Virus record (IMG/VR): IMGVR_UViG_3300029309_000068
Location: 1-50,038 of that record
Direction: 5' to 3' (one strand)
From: a virus
Taxonomy: Duplodnaviria; Caudoviricetes
DNA length: 50,038 bases
How positions within the stretch are numbered: the stretch's first letter is position 1; every line of letters starts with the position of its first letter. This document shows, piece by piece, positions 10,201-18,312 of the stretch. A program made the translations under genes and the position numbers. The notes beneath the pieces were generated by a model. The model was not told the origin of the DNA, searched no databases, and was given only the letters and a program-made list of their open reading frames with translations.

Positions 10201-11510
10201 AAGCAAAAATTACCGTAACCGCTATTGATGTAACTGATGGATCAGAAGACTCAGCTTTAAATATAACTACAAAAATAAACTCTTCTACTAAAAGTAGAAT
10301 CTATATGCCACCAACTGAAACTGTGTTTAATGAAGAAAGTGTTGACGTAGACTTCCGTGTTGAAAGCAATGGCAATGCTAACATGCTATTCGTTGATGGT
10401 GGAAATGATCGTGTTGGCATTGGGACGAGTTCGCCTAACGCCACTCTCACTCTATCTGACGGAACAGATGAGTTTGATTTTGGCGTTACGACTAACTTAT
10501 TAATGATAAAAACTGTTACCTCAGATGGCTCTGATGACCAAAGAATTATTCTTGATGCAGGAAATGGAGGTCAATCTTCTTCAAGAGGGGCATATATAGC
10601 ACTCTCAGGAAATGAAGCATCTTCTAATGGAGGACAAGCCATTTATCAAATGGGTAATGTGTCAGGAGCATCCCACGAATTTAGAAAGGCAGGGGGAACT
10701 TATGCTGCAAGCATAGACAGCTCTGGTAACTTGCTTGTGGGTTCCACTAATACTGCCCCTGCATCAAACAACGTTGATGGTGTATCTTTAAGAGTAAACA
10801 ACAGTTCTCAGTTTTCTAGATCAAACGATCCTGCTTTTGCTGTAAACCGAAAAGGAAACGATGGTGGATTAGCTACGTTTATGAAAGACGGCTCCACTGT
10901 GGGGAGTATTGGGGTTTCTGGTGGAAACAACTTATATATATCAGGAGAAGCAACTAACCACTCTGGACTAACCTTTGCAACAGATTCAGTTTTGCCAACT
11001 CGACAAGGAACGATTACCGACAACATTACTGACCTTGGTCAAAACGGTAACGCATTTAAAGACGCTTACTTTTCAGGCACAGTAATCGCAGGTGGTGCTA
11101 CTATAGATGGTACGCTTGATATTGAGGAGGTATTTGAAAAAGTATTAGTAAATACTAATACAGGTTTTAGCCTTTTCAGTTTTGACATTTTAAGTCAAGG
11201 CGTTTATTTTCTTACTGCCAATCAAGACCAAAACAGAACAATTAATTTTAGAGGGGATGCGTCAACTTCCTTGAATAGTGTTCTTGCAGTAGGTCAGTCT
11301 GTAACTTGCGCAGTTCTTGCTACACAAGGTTCTACAGCATATTACCTCAACGCTTATCAAGTAGATGGATCATCAGTTACACCTAAATGGTCTGGAGGAT
11401 CAGCACCATCAGCAGGTAACGCAAGCAGTATTGACGCTTACTCATTCACGATTATTAAAACAGCAAATGCTACATTCACAGTGTTAGCATCAGTTACACA
11501 GTTCGCATAG
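7248..11510 (+). CDS. Primary tail fibre
   Basis: 1420 aa, G/S/T/A-rich. N-terminal GHKHDG anchor, DINGGxIDG repeats, DAATKxYVD and APGTLDTLNELAAAL fibre motifs, ELNILDGVT repeats. Confidence 0.88.
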   Translation: MAGYSRQSAADIIANAVIKAAPVNAEYNALRDAFALATGHKHDGSSTEGGYVPLIADSDALNKVVIDTSNNRIGFFSEVSSAAVEQIRIQDGAILPVTDNDIDLGTSTLQFKDLYIDGVGYLDSVDIDGGSIDGVTIGGSSAGAGTFSSLVATTADINAGTIDNVVIGGSTASSGSFTTVATSSNATVGGTLGVTGNVTMGGTLAVTGTSSFTGAATLTSVDINSGAMDNTTIGSSTAAAGSFTTLSASGTSTLTTVDINGGAIDGVTIGAASAGAGTFTDVTASGTTTITTADINGGNIDGTTIGASSAAAGSFTTVSTSGQATLASVDVNGGNIDGAIIGASSAAAITGTTITASSGFVGDLTGNITGDIDGDITGNITGNVTGNVTANSGASTFNNVTVNGTLDVTGTTIANVTDPSNAQDAATKNYVDTEVAALVDSAPGTLDTLNELAAALNDDPNFSTTITNSIATKLPLAGGTMSGAIAMGTNKITGLGDPTANQDAATKKYTTDTFLPLAGGTVTGAIDMGSNKITASYTPSANTDLATKIYVDNIAGSGTAAAASATAAASSATAAASSATAAASSATGAASSATSAAASFDSFDDRYLGAKSSAPSTDNDGDALQVGTLYFNTTTNSMQVYGGSGFTAAGSSVNGTSDRNTYTATAGQTTFAATYDSGFVDVYLNGVKLLAGTDFTATNGTSIVLASGAAVNDIVDIVAYGTFTLSTHYTKTEADALLAAKQPYHTIAVTVQNVGGANKYFLDGTQQQTALLQKSVTIRFDQSDSSNSNHPLRLSETSNGTHGGGSAFTTGVTAVGTPGSAGAYTQVTLEQDAPDVLYYYCTNHSAMGATVYSGKDFSTLTSTVAELNILDGVTSTAAELNILDGVTATATELNYVDGVTSNVQTQLDAKLPLSGGTLTGAITGTTATFTTSDNSAQLNLTSTDTDANNGPRLVLQRNSSSPADNDVLGQIEWYGENDASEAIEQAKITVTAIDVTDGSEDSALNITTKINSSTKSRIYMPPTETVFNEESVDVDFRVESNGNANMLFVDGGNDRVGIGTSSPNATLTLSDGTDEFDFGVTTNLLMIKTVTSDGSDDQRIILDAGNGGQSSSRGAYIALSGNEASSNGGQAIYQMGNVSGASHEFRKAGGTYAASIDSSGNLLVGSTNTAPASNNVDGVSLRVNNSSQFSRSNDPAFAVNRKGNDGGLATFMKDGSTVGSIGVSGGNNLYISGEATNHSGLTFATDSVLPTRQGTITDNITDLGQNGNAFKDAYFSGTVIAGGATIDGTLDIEEVFEKVLVNTNTGFSLFSFDILSQGVYFLTANQDQNRTINFRGDASTSLNSVLAVGQSVTCAVLATQGSTAYYLNAYQVDGSSVTPKWSGGSAPSAGNASSIDAYSFTIIKTANATFTVLASVTQFA
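8923..9041 (+). repeat. Coding low-complexity repeat (AAASSAT)n
   Basis: About five imperfect 21-nt units within the fibre gene. Confidence 0.7.
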
Positions 11511-11519
11511 GGAATATAC

Positions 11520-13535
11520 ATGCCTTTACTTTCAACATTTGGTGCAGCTTCAGCTAGAAGTTTTGGCGGCATTGGTGGAGCAGCAGCAGGTGCAGGTCTT
11601 GATATTACAGACGCTTTCTCAACATTTTTGTATCAGGGAACAGGGTCTGCACAATCCATAAATAACGGTATTGATCTTAGTGGTGAAGGTGGTTTGGTTT
11701 GGATTAAAAGTAACCAATCAAGAGCTCATGCTTTATTTGACACAGAAAGAGGCGTGGGTAAGGTTCTAATTACAGCCGAAACTGCTGCTCAAGCTAATAC
11801 GGCAAACGCTTTAACTGCATTTAACTCAAATGGTTTTTCTTTAGGAATAGATGATTCTGATCTCGTAAATAAAAACTCTTCTGGTAATAGAATGGTAGCT
11901 TGGACATTTCGCAAAGCCTCTAAGTTTTTTGATGTTGTGACGTATACTGGAAATGGATCATCTAGAACCATAAGTCATAATCTTGGATCAGTTCCAGGTA
12001 TGATAATAATAAAAAGCACGACTAGTCAAGAAGATTGGGTGGTATATCATAGATCATTGGGTGGCGGTTATTATTCAAAACTACAAGACACAGCTCAATT
12101 CCTTGGCGTAAACACTAGCGTGTTTAATGGAACGGATGCTACTAATTCCGTTTTTAGTGTTGGCACAAGCAGTAAAAGTAATGGATCGGGTCAAACCTAC
12201 GTAGCCTACGTATTCGCACACAACAACAGTGACGGTGGGTTCGGCCCTGATAGTGACCAAGATATTATTAAGTGTGGGAGTTATACTGGGAATAATTCAT
12301 TAACTGGCCCTAGTGTTAATCTTGGGTTTGAGCCTCAGTTTGTTTTGTTAAAACGTGCAACTAGTGGTGCTGGCTCTTGGTTTATGATGGATGCTATGCG
12401 TGGTATTACATCAGGAATTACAAACGGTGATAAATACTTTCAAACAAATTATAGTGTTTCAGAGCAACAAGATAACTTTATTAAACTTACAGCAAATGGT
12501 TTTGATGTTGAGTCAACTAATAGCGCTATTAATAACTCTGGTGACACCTACATCTTCATGGCAATTAGACGTGGTTCACTAGCTGTACCAGATGATGCGA
12601 CTAAGGTTTTTGATGTTGAAATAGGTGGTTCTTCTGTTGCCGATAATGCATTGGCTACAACAACAGGTTTTCCAGTAGATATGTTTATGCACTATGATAA
12701 CTATTCAAGTGGTGGTGAAACTTTTGTTGTTGATCGGCTGCGAGGAAGAAGTGCGCAAGTTCGCACACAAGTTACAAACGCAGAGGGAACTTATAGCACA
12801 AACAATCCAAGCTTAGATAGTAATTCAGGTTTAATTAATAGAGCAGGGTCTACTAAAAATTTAAGCGGAGGTGTATATTGGCAGTGGAAGCGTGCTCTTG
12901 GCTATTTCGATGTGGTTGCTTACACAGGAAACGGAACAGCAGGTACAAGCATAAATCACAATCTTGGTGTAGTGCCAGAAATGATCTGGTTAAGAGGTCG
13001 TAATGCTGTTAGTAACTGGTTTGTATATCACAAGGATCTTAACGGTGGTACAAATCCAGAAGATTATCATCTTAGAATAAACACATCAGGCGCTGAAAAT
13101 AACGCAACCACATCATTGAATGATACTGCCCCAACTGCATCTAGTTTTTCAACAGGAACTGCATTGAGTACAAGCGGTAACACCTACATAGCCTACCTTT
13201 TCGCTACCGTAGCAGGTGTATCCAAGGTGGGAAGCTATACTGGAAATGGTGAGTCAGTGGTTCAGACTATTGATTGTGGCTTTAGTAGTGGTGCTAGGTT
13301 TGTGCTGATTAAAAAAAGCAGCAGCACTGGTAACTGGATTGTTTACGATGCTGAAAGAGGTATTAGCACAGCAACAAGTGACGGTGTTTTGTTATTAAAT
13401 AGCGGTGATGCAGAAAGTCCTGAGTCCTCGTTTTTTGCGGGGAACGCAATGCAGCCTGACTCTTCTGGCTTTAAAGTTACTACTGATGATTTGAATAGAT
13501 CAGGTAACACCTACATATTCTACGCAATCGCATAG
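11520..13535 (+). CDS. Fibre-tip adhesin-like protein, copy 1
   Basis: 671 aa, internally duplicated (FDVVxYTGNG, HNLGxVPxMI, YIAYLFA, YIFxAI). Paralogous to 15484..17490. Confidence 0.7.
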   Translation: MPLLSTFGAASARSFGGIGGAAAGAGLDITDAFSTFLYQGTGSAQSINNGIDLSGEGGLVWIKSNQSRAHALFDTERGVGKVLITAETAAQANTANALTAFNSNGFSLGIDDSDLVNKNSSGNRMVAWTFRKASKFFDVVTYTGNGSSRTISHNLGSVPGMIIIKSTTSQEDWVVYHRSLGGGYYSKLQDTAQFLGVNTSVFNGTDATNSVFSVGTSSKSNGSGQTYVAYVFAHNNSDGGFGPDSDQDIIKCGSYTGNNSLTGPSVNLGFEPQFVLLKRATSGAGSWFMMDAMRGITSGITNGDKYFQTNYSVSEQQDNFIKLTANGFDVESTNSAINNSGDTYIFMAIRRGSLAVPDDATKVFDVEIGGSSVADNALATTTGFPVDMFMHYDNYSSGGETFVVDRLRGRSAQVRTQVTNAEGTYSTNNPSLDSNSGLINRAGSTKNLSGGVYWQWKRALGYFDVVAYTGNGTAGTSINHNLGVVPEMIWLRGRNAVSNWFVYHKDLNGGTNPEDYHLRINTSGAENNATTSLNDTAPTASSFSTGTALSTSGNTYIAYLFATVAGVSKVGSYTGNGESVVQTIDCGFSSGARFVLIKKSSSTGNWIVYDAERGISTATSDGVLLLNSGDAESPESSFFAGNAMQPDSSGFKVTTDDLNRSGNTYIFYAIA

Positions 13536-13599
13536 CACAAATTGGAATTAGTTCATGCCGAACTGATATTAGAACCATAACATAAAGGAGAATGGTACA

Positions 13600-13818
13600 A
13601 TGGGAAAAGATAAAAAGACCCCAATCACTATCAACGACAAAGAGTATATCGTAGAGGATATGACTCCAGAACAACGAACAATGGTCAACCATATTGCTGA
13701 CCTAGAAAGAAAGCTTAACACCGCACAGTTCAATATGGATCAGTTACGTGTAGGCAGAGATGCATTTGTAAATTTACTAACTGCAAAACTAGCAGAAGAG
13801 GAAAAAGAGGCTGCATAG
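13600..13818 (+). CDS. Small coiled-coil protein, possible fibre chaperone
   Basis: 72 aa, SD AAGGAG, ITINDKEY start typical of genes that follow fibres. Confidence 0.6.
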   Translation: MGKDKKTPITINDKEYIVEDMTPEQRTMVNHIADLERKLNTAQFNMDQLRVGRDAFVNLLTAKLAEEEKEAA

Positions 13819-13845
13819 CAGTCTAACTTGAAAGGACTTTAACTT

Positions 13846-15474
13846 ATGACTAGAGCAAGAGATTTAGCTGACTATATTTCAACAGGTGTTTCAGACACTG
13901 AGCTTGATGTATTGGACGGTGTTACAGCAGGTACTGTTACAGCATCTAAGGCTCTAGTCGTAGATGCAAACAAAGATGTAGCAAGTCTTAGAAATATTAC
14001 AGCAACAGGAACTATTACTGGTAATGTAACTGGAGATGTAACTGGAGATGTAACAGGAGATGTTACTGGTAATGTGTCAGGATCATCTGGTTCTACAACA
14101 GGTAATGCTGCTACTGCAACTGCCCTTGCAACAGCTAGAAATATAGGTGGTGTGTCTTTTGATGGTACTGGAAATATAAACTTACCAGGAGTTAATACAT
14201 CAGGTAATCAGGATACATCTGGTAACGCAGCCACTGCAACAACAGCAGGTACAGTTACAACTGCTGCACAAACTAACATCACATCACTAGGTACACTAAC
14301 GACTCTCACTGTAGATGACATTACAATAAACGGCTCAACTATATCAGATGCTGCTGATTTTACCATAGATGTTGGTGGTAATATTACACTTGATGGCGAT
14401 GATGGAGGCCAAGTAAGATTTAAAGACGGTGGAACAGAATACTTATCAATATATAACTCTAGTTCAGATGCTATATTTCAAACTCAAGTTTCAGATAAAG
14501 ATATTCTTTTCAAAGGCAACGATGGTGGTTCTGTAATAACCGCCCTCACACTAGACATGTCAGATGCAGGGTCTGCTAGTTTTAACCATGATATAAAATT
14601 AAGTGATAATAGCAAAGCAATCTTTGGCGCAGGGTCTGACCTACAGATTTATCACGATGGTTCTCATAGCTATATTGATGAAGCTGGCACAGGCGATTTA
14701 AGGATTCGTGCGGAAGGTAATCTTACTCTTAGCGATATGTCAAACAGGGTTTACCTAACAGGTGCATCTCAAGGTGCAGTTCATCTAAGGTTTAATGATA
14801 GCAACAAACTCGCCACCACCGCAAATGGAATTAACGTAACAGGTGATGTAGTTGTTACTAATGATATTTATGTTTCAAATGACCTATTACATCAAGGAGA
14901 TAGCGATACAAAGATATCGTTTGGTACTGATACTATTACATTACTCACAGGCGGCACTACAAGATTACTAGCAAACAACTCTGGAATAAGTCTTAATAAC
15001 GAGCCTTTGCAAAATGTTGAAGATATTTATGTTAATGACAAAATTTTTCACAATGGTGACAGTGATACCTATATCCAATTTAGTACAGACACTATTCAAC
15101 TTTATGCTGGTGGTTCGTATGCTCAGTTTAGTTCTGGCATGTTCTTACTTAATGACGGTTCTCTTGGAGAGGATTACGATGCTTTATCAGGAACATCGCC
15201 AACAATTAATGTTAGTAATGGTGGTATGTTTAGTCTTAGTATGTCAGGCAACACCACCTTTACGTTCAGTGGTGCATCTAGCGGATACAGCCAAGGTTTT
15301 ATTCTTCAGCTAACTGGAAACGGTGGCACGGTCACATATCCGAATACTGTTGATTTTGCTGGCGGTACTGCTCCCGATGCACCAGCGAACGGAGAAACTG
15401 ATATACTTGTTTTTGTTACAAGAGATGGCGGTAGTAACTGGTATGGCGCACTAGCAGTAGACGCAGCAGCATAG
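13846..15474 (+). CDS. Secondary tail fibre
   Basis: MTRARDLAD N-terminus, GDVT repeats, ATALATARNIGGVSFDG and FGAGSDLQIYHDG fibre motifs, GGTAP C-terminal domain. Confidence 0.82.
   Translation: MTRARDLADYISTGVSDTELDVLDGVTAGTVTASKALVVDANKDVASLRNITATGTITGNVTGDVTGDVTGDVTGNVSGSSGSTTGNAATATALATARNIGGVSFDGTGNINLPGVNTSGNQDTSGNAATATTAGTVTTAAQTNITSLGTLTTLTVDDITINGSTISDAADFTIDVGGNITLDGDDGGQVRFKDGGTEYLSIYNSSSDAIFQTQVSDKDILFKGNDGGSVITALTLDMSDAGSASFNHDIKLSDNSKAIFGAGSDLQIYHDGSHSYIDEAGTGDLRIRAEGNLTLSDMSNRVYLTGASQGAVHLRFNDSNKLATTANGINVTGDVVVTNDIYVSNDLLHQGDSDTKISFGTDTITLLTGGTTRLLANNSGISLNNEPLQNVEDIYVNDKIFHNGDSDTYIQFSTDTIQLYAGGSYAQFSSGMFLLNDGSLGEDYDALSGTSPTINVSNGGMFSLSMSGNTTFTFSGASSGYSQGFILQLTGNGGTVTYPNTVDFAGGTAPDAPANGETDILVFVTRDGGSNWYGALAVDAAA
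14019..14075 (+). repeat. 12-nt coding tandem repeat (TGDV/TGNV)
   Basis: ACTGGAGATGTA-like units, about five copies. Confidence 0.6.
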
Positions 15475-15483
15475 GAATAATTT

Positions 15484-17490
15484 ATGGCAAGTCCAAGAGT
15501 AAAACAAACGTTAATGGCTGCTGCTGGTGCGGCTGGTGGTGGTCTTGATGTAGACGAGGTGTTCAGCACGTTTTTGCACACTGGAACAGGTTCTGCACAA
15601 ACGATTGCCAACGGCATTGATCTTACTGAAGGTGGTCTAGTTTGGATTAAAGATAGAGACTCGGGATCAAGAGCACATTATTTATTTGATTCAGAAAATC
15701 TTGCTGCTCCTAATTACAATCAGTATTTAAGTTCTAATGATACAGATGCAATTTATTCTGCGTCTGGTACTGGTAACGGACTAGGAGGTGCTTTTACTAG
15801 CAATGGTTTTCCAGTGCAAGGTAATCATAGTTCATCAGGTCAAGATTACGTCTCTTGGACATTTCGCAAAGCCCCTAAGTTTTTTGATGTAGTTACATAT
15901 TCTGGAGATGGAAACTCTACAAAAACTATCAGTCATAGTCTTGGATGTCAGGCAGGAATGATTTGGGTAAAGCGGTTGGATAGTTCTAATAACTGGTGTG
16001 TTTGGCATAGAGATCAATATAGTTATGGAGGTAATTCTTACGAAGGTCGTTTAGAAAGCAATATTGAATTTGGATATAATACTTTTGATGGAGCATCTTC
16101 AACAACCTTTACAGTTAAAAATGACACAGGTGTAAATGCAAGTGGTGGTTCATATGTTGCTTATGTTTTTGCCCATAATAATAATGATGGTGGGTTTGGC
16201 CCTACTTCAGATCAAGATATTATTAAATGTGGAAGATATACTGGAAATGGATCTAACAATGGGCCTGAGATTGACTTAGGATTTGAACCTCAATTTCTTT
16301 TGGTAAAACGTACAGATGGAACAGGTAATTGGATCACGGTAGATAGCATGAGAAATTTTGGTAGCGGTGTAAATAGTGCTTATCTTTATGTAAATGGTAA
16401 TAATTCTGAATTTAACGATTACGAATTATTTAGAAATCAGTCACAGGGTTTTCAACCCAGACAAAACTTTAGTGTAATAAATGGAAATAATGCTAATTAT
16501 ATTTATATGGCAATAAGGCGTGGCCCAATGGCTACACCTGAAAATGCGACTGATGTATTTAAGGTAGATAAAACTGCATCTAGCTCAAACCCTGCCTATA
16601 CAAGTGGTTTCCCTGTAGATATGGGGTTGGAAAGACGAACTGTAAACGGTGGAAATTGGTCAATATCTTCTAGATTAACGCATGGAAGATTTTTGTCTAG
16701 TCAAAGCAATGATCAAGAATCTGTTGATCCTGAAATGGATTTTGATTATATGACTGGTTGGCAAGAGCAAGGCTACGCTCTTAACGATCAAGTTGCATGG
16801 ATGTGGAAAAGAGCACCAGGTTATTTTGATGTAGTCTGTTATACAGGAGGAGGTGATGCAACCTCAACACACACCAAAAAACACAATCTTGGTGTTGCAC
16901 CTGAAATGCTTTGGGTTAAATGTAGATCAAATAATGGTACTAATTGGATGGTTTGGCACAAAGACATGAATTATAGCACTGGTGAAAGCTATACGAATAA
17001 AGCATTTATGAATTTAAATAATAGTAATGCAGCAACTTTATCATCTAACTATTGGTCATACAGTGGTAATCCACAAATGACAGATTCAGTTTTTTCTGTG
17101 GGTAGTACTTATGACGAAGTAAACGCCACTAACCGAACTTACATAGCTTACCTATTTGCAAGTGTATCTGGTGTATCTAAGGTAGGGGCTTACTCAGGAA
17201 ATGGGGGAACATCAGCAAACGGTAACGGTCAAGACATTGATTGTGGCTTTAGTAATGGTGCTAGATTTGTTTTAATTAAGCCAAGTAATGCAGGTGATCA
17301 CTGGTTTTTGTTTGACAGTGAAAGAGGCATTGTTGCAGGTAATGATGCAACTCTCTTGTTAAATGATAATGCAGGGGAAAGCTCAAGTTCAGATGAAATA
17401 GACCCATTAAATTCAGGTTTTAGGGTGCTTAACCAAAACAATCAACTTAACAGAACAGGGCGTAATTACATTTTTTACGCAATTGCATAA
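15484..17490 (+). CDS. Fibre-tip adhesin-like protein, copy 2
   Basis: 668 aa, collinear paralogue of 11520..13535; both end in YIFYAIA. Confidence 0.7.
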   Translation: MASPRVKQTLMAAAGAAGGGLDVDEVFSTFLHTGTGSAQTIANGIDLTEGGLVWIKDRDSGSRAHYLFDSENLAAPNYNQYLSSNDTDAIYSASGTGNGLGGAFTSNGFPVQGNHSSSGQDYVSWTFRKAPKFFDVVTYSGDGNSTKTISHSLGCQAGMIWVKRLDSSNNWCVWHRDQYSYGGNSYEGRLESNIEFGYNTFDGASSTTFTVKNDTGVNASGGSYVAYVFAHNNNDGGFGPTSDQDIIKCGRYTGNGSNNGPEIDLGFEPQFLLVKRTDGTGNWITVDSMRNFGSGVNSAYLYVNGNNSEFNDYELFRNQSQGFQPRQNFSVINGNNANYIYMAIRRGPMATPENATDVFKVDKTASSSNPAYTSGFPVDMGLERRTVNGGNWSISSRLTHGRFLSSQSNDQESVDPEMDFDYMTGWQEQGYALNDQVAWMWKRAPGYFDVVCYTGGGDATSTHTKKHNLGVAPEMLWVKCRSNNGTNWMVWHKDMNYSTGESYTNKAFMNLNNSNAATLSSNYWSYSGNPQMTDSVFSVGSTYDEVNATNRTYIAYLFASVSGVSKVGAYSGNGGTSANGNGQDIDCGFSNGARFVLIKPSNAGDHWFLFDSERGIVAGNDATLLLNDNAGESSSSDEIDPLNSGFRVLNQNNQLNRTGRNYIFYAIA

Positions 17491-17517
17491 TAAAACTCAT
17501 AAAAAAGGATTAATCTA

Positions 17518-18012
17518 ATGAGTGAGTATAGGGACCGTACAAGCGGTGAAATCAAAACAAAAGATCAACTAAAGCAAGAAAACATAAACATGTCGATGCC
17601 GAAGGTTTGGAACGAGATGACCTTCGATGCGCTAAACGTAGATCCTATTCTTGCTGCACCAAAGCCAACAGAGGGTATTGGGCAATATCAGGTTGTTTCT
17701 CGTAATGGTGCAGTACAAGATGCCAACGACAACTGGGTGGAAGCTTGGGAAATTGTTGACATGTTTGTTGATATTGAAGGTGGGCAAACTAAAGCAGAAC
17801 AAGAGACAGCATATCAGGATAGATTAGACATTGAAGCAGCAGAACTTAATCGTAATCAACGAAATAATTTACTCTCTAATACAGATTGGTGGGCAGTATC
17901 AGACAGAACAATGACATCTGAGCAAACTACTTATCGTACTGCTTTACGAGATTTACCAACACATTCTAACTGGCCTCATTTAGAAGCTGACGATTGGCCT
18001 ACTAAGCCTTGA
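17518..18012 (+). CDS. Tail fibre assembly chaperone
   Basis: C-terminal RNxLLxxTDW...YRxALRDLP...WPTKP signature. Confidence 0.82.
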   Translation: MSEYRDRTSGEIKTKDQLKQENINMSMPKVWNEMTFDALNVDPILAAPKPTEGIGQYQVVSRNGAVQDANDNWVEAWEIVDMFVDIEGGQTKAEQETAYQDRLDIEAAELNRNQRNNLLSNTDWWAVSDRTMTSEQTTYRTALRDLPTHSNWPHLEADDWPTKP

Positions 18013-18018
18013 TAAAAC

Positions 18019-18047
18019 TTGACATTTTAACATTTGTGAGTTAAACT
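18019..18047 (+). promoter_or_regulatory. Putative promoter TTGACA-N16-TTAAACT
   Basis: Matches the recurrent phage promoter architecture. Confidence 0.6.
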
Positions 18048-18302
18048 ATGAGTGACATCAAACTCTCCCCAGAAGAACTAGAAGAGATGCTAGATAACGC
18101 AGCTAGGCGTGGTGCTAAAGAGGCACTACGTTCTATTGGGCTACTTGATGATGATGCACAAAAAGATATACTAGAGATGCGTAACTTGATAGAAGCGTGG
18201 AGAGATACACGTAGATCAATATGGTCTACAGTAGTTAAATTAGCTACCGTTGGAGTCCTGACATTTATTGCAGGTGCGGTATGGATGACAATGGGAAAGT
18301 AA
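18048..18302 (+). CDS. Small membrane protein (DUF6127-like)
   Basis: AARRGAxxALxxxGLxD..A..DI.E.R.L..AWR pattern plus a C-terminal TM helix; family recalled from alphaproteobacterial phages and GTAs. Confidence 0.65.
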   Translation: MSDIKLSPEELEEMLDNAARRGAKEALRSIGLLDDDAQKDILEMRNLIEAWRDTRRSIWSTVVKLATVGVLTFIAGAVWMTMGK

Positions 18303-18312
18303 GGAATAGAGT

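Noticed and set aside
13547-13568. Terminator after adhesin copy 1
   Set aside because: Weak AT-rich hairpin (ATTAGTTC/GAACTGAT) without a U tract.
11520-17490. Diversity-generating retroelement (TR/VR pair)
   Set aside because: No reverse transcriptase in the window. The shared blocks are short and coding, and their differences do not fit one-way adenine mutagenesis.
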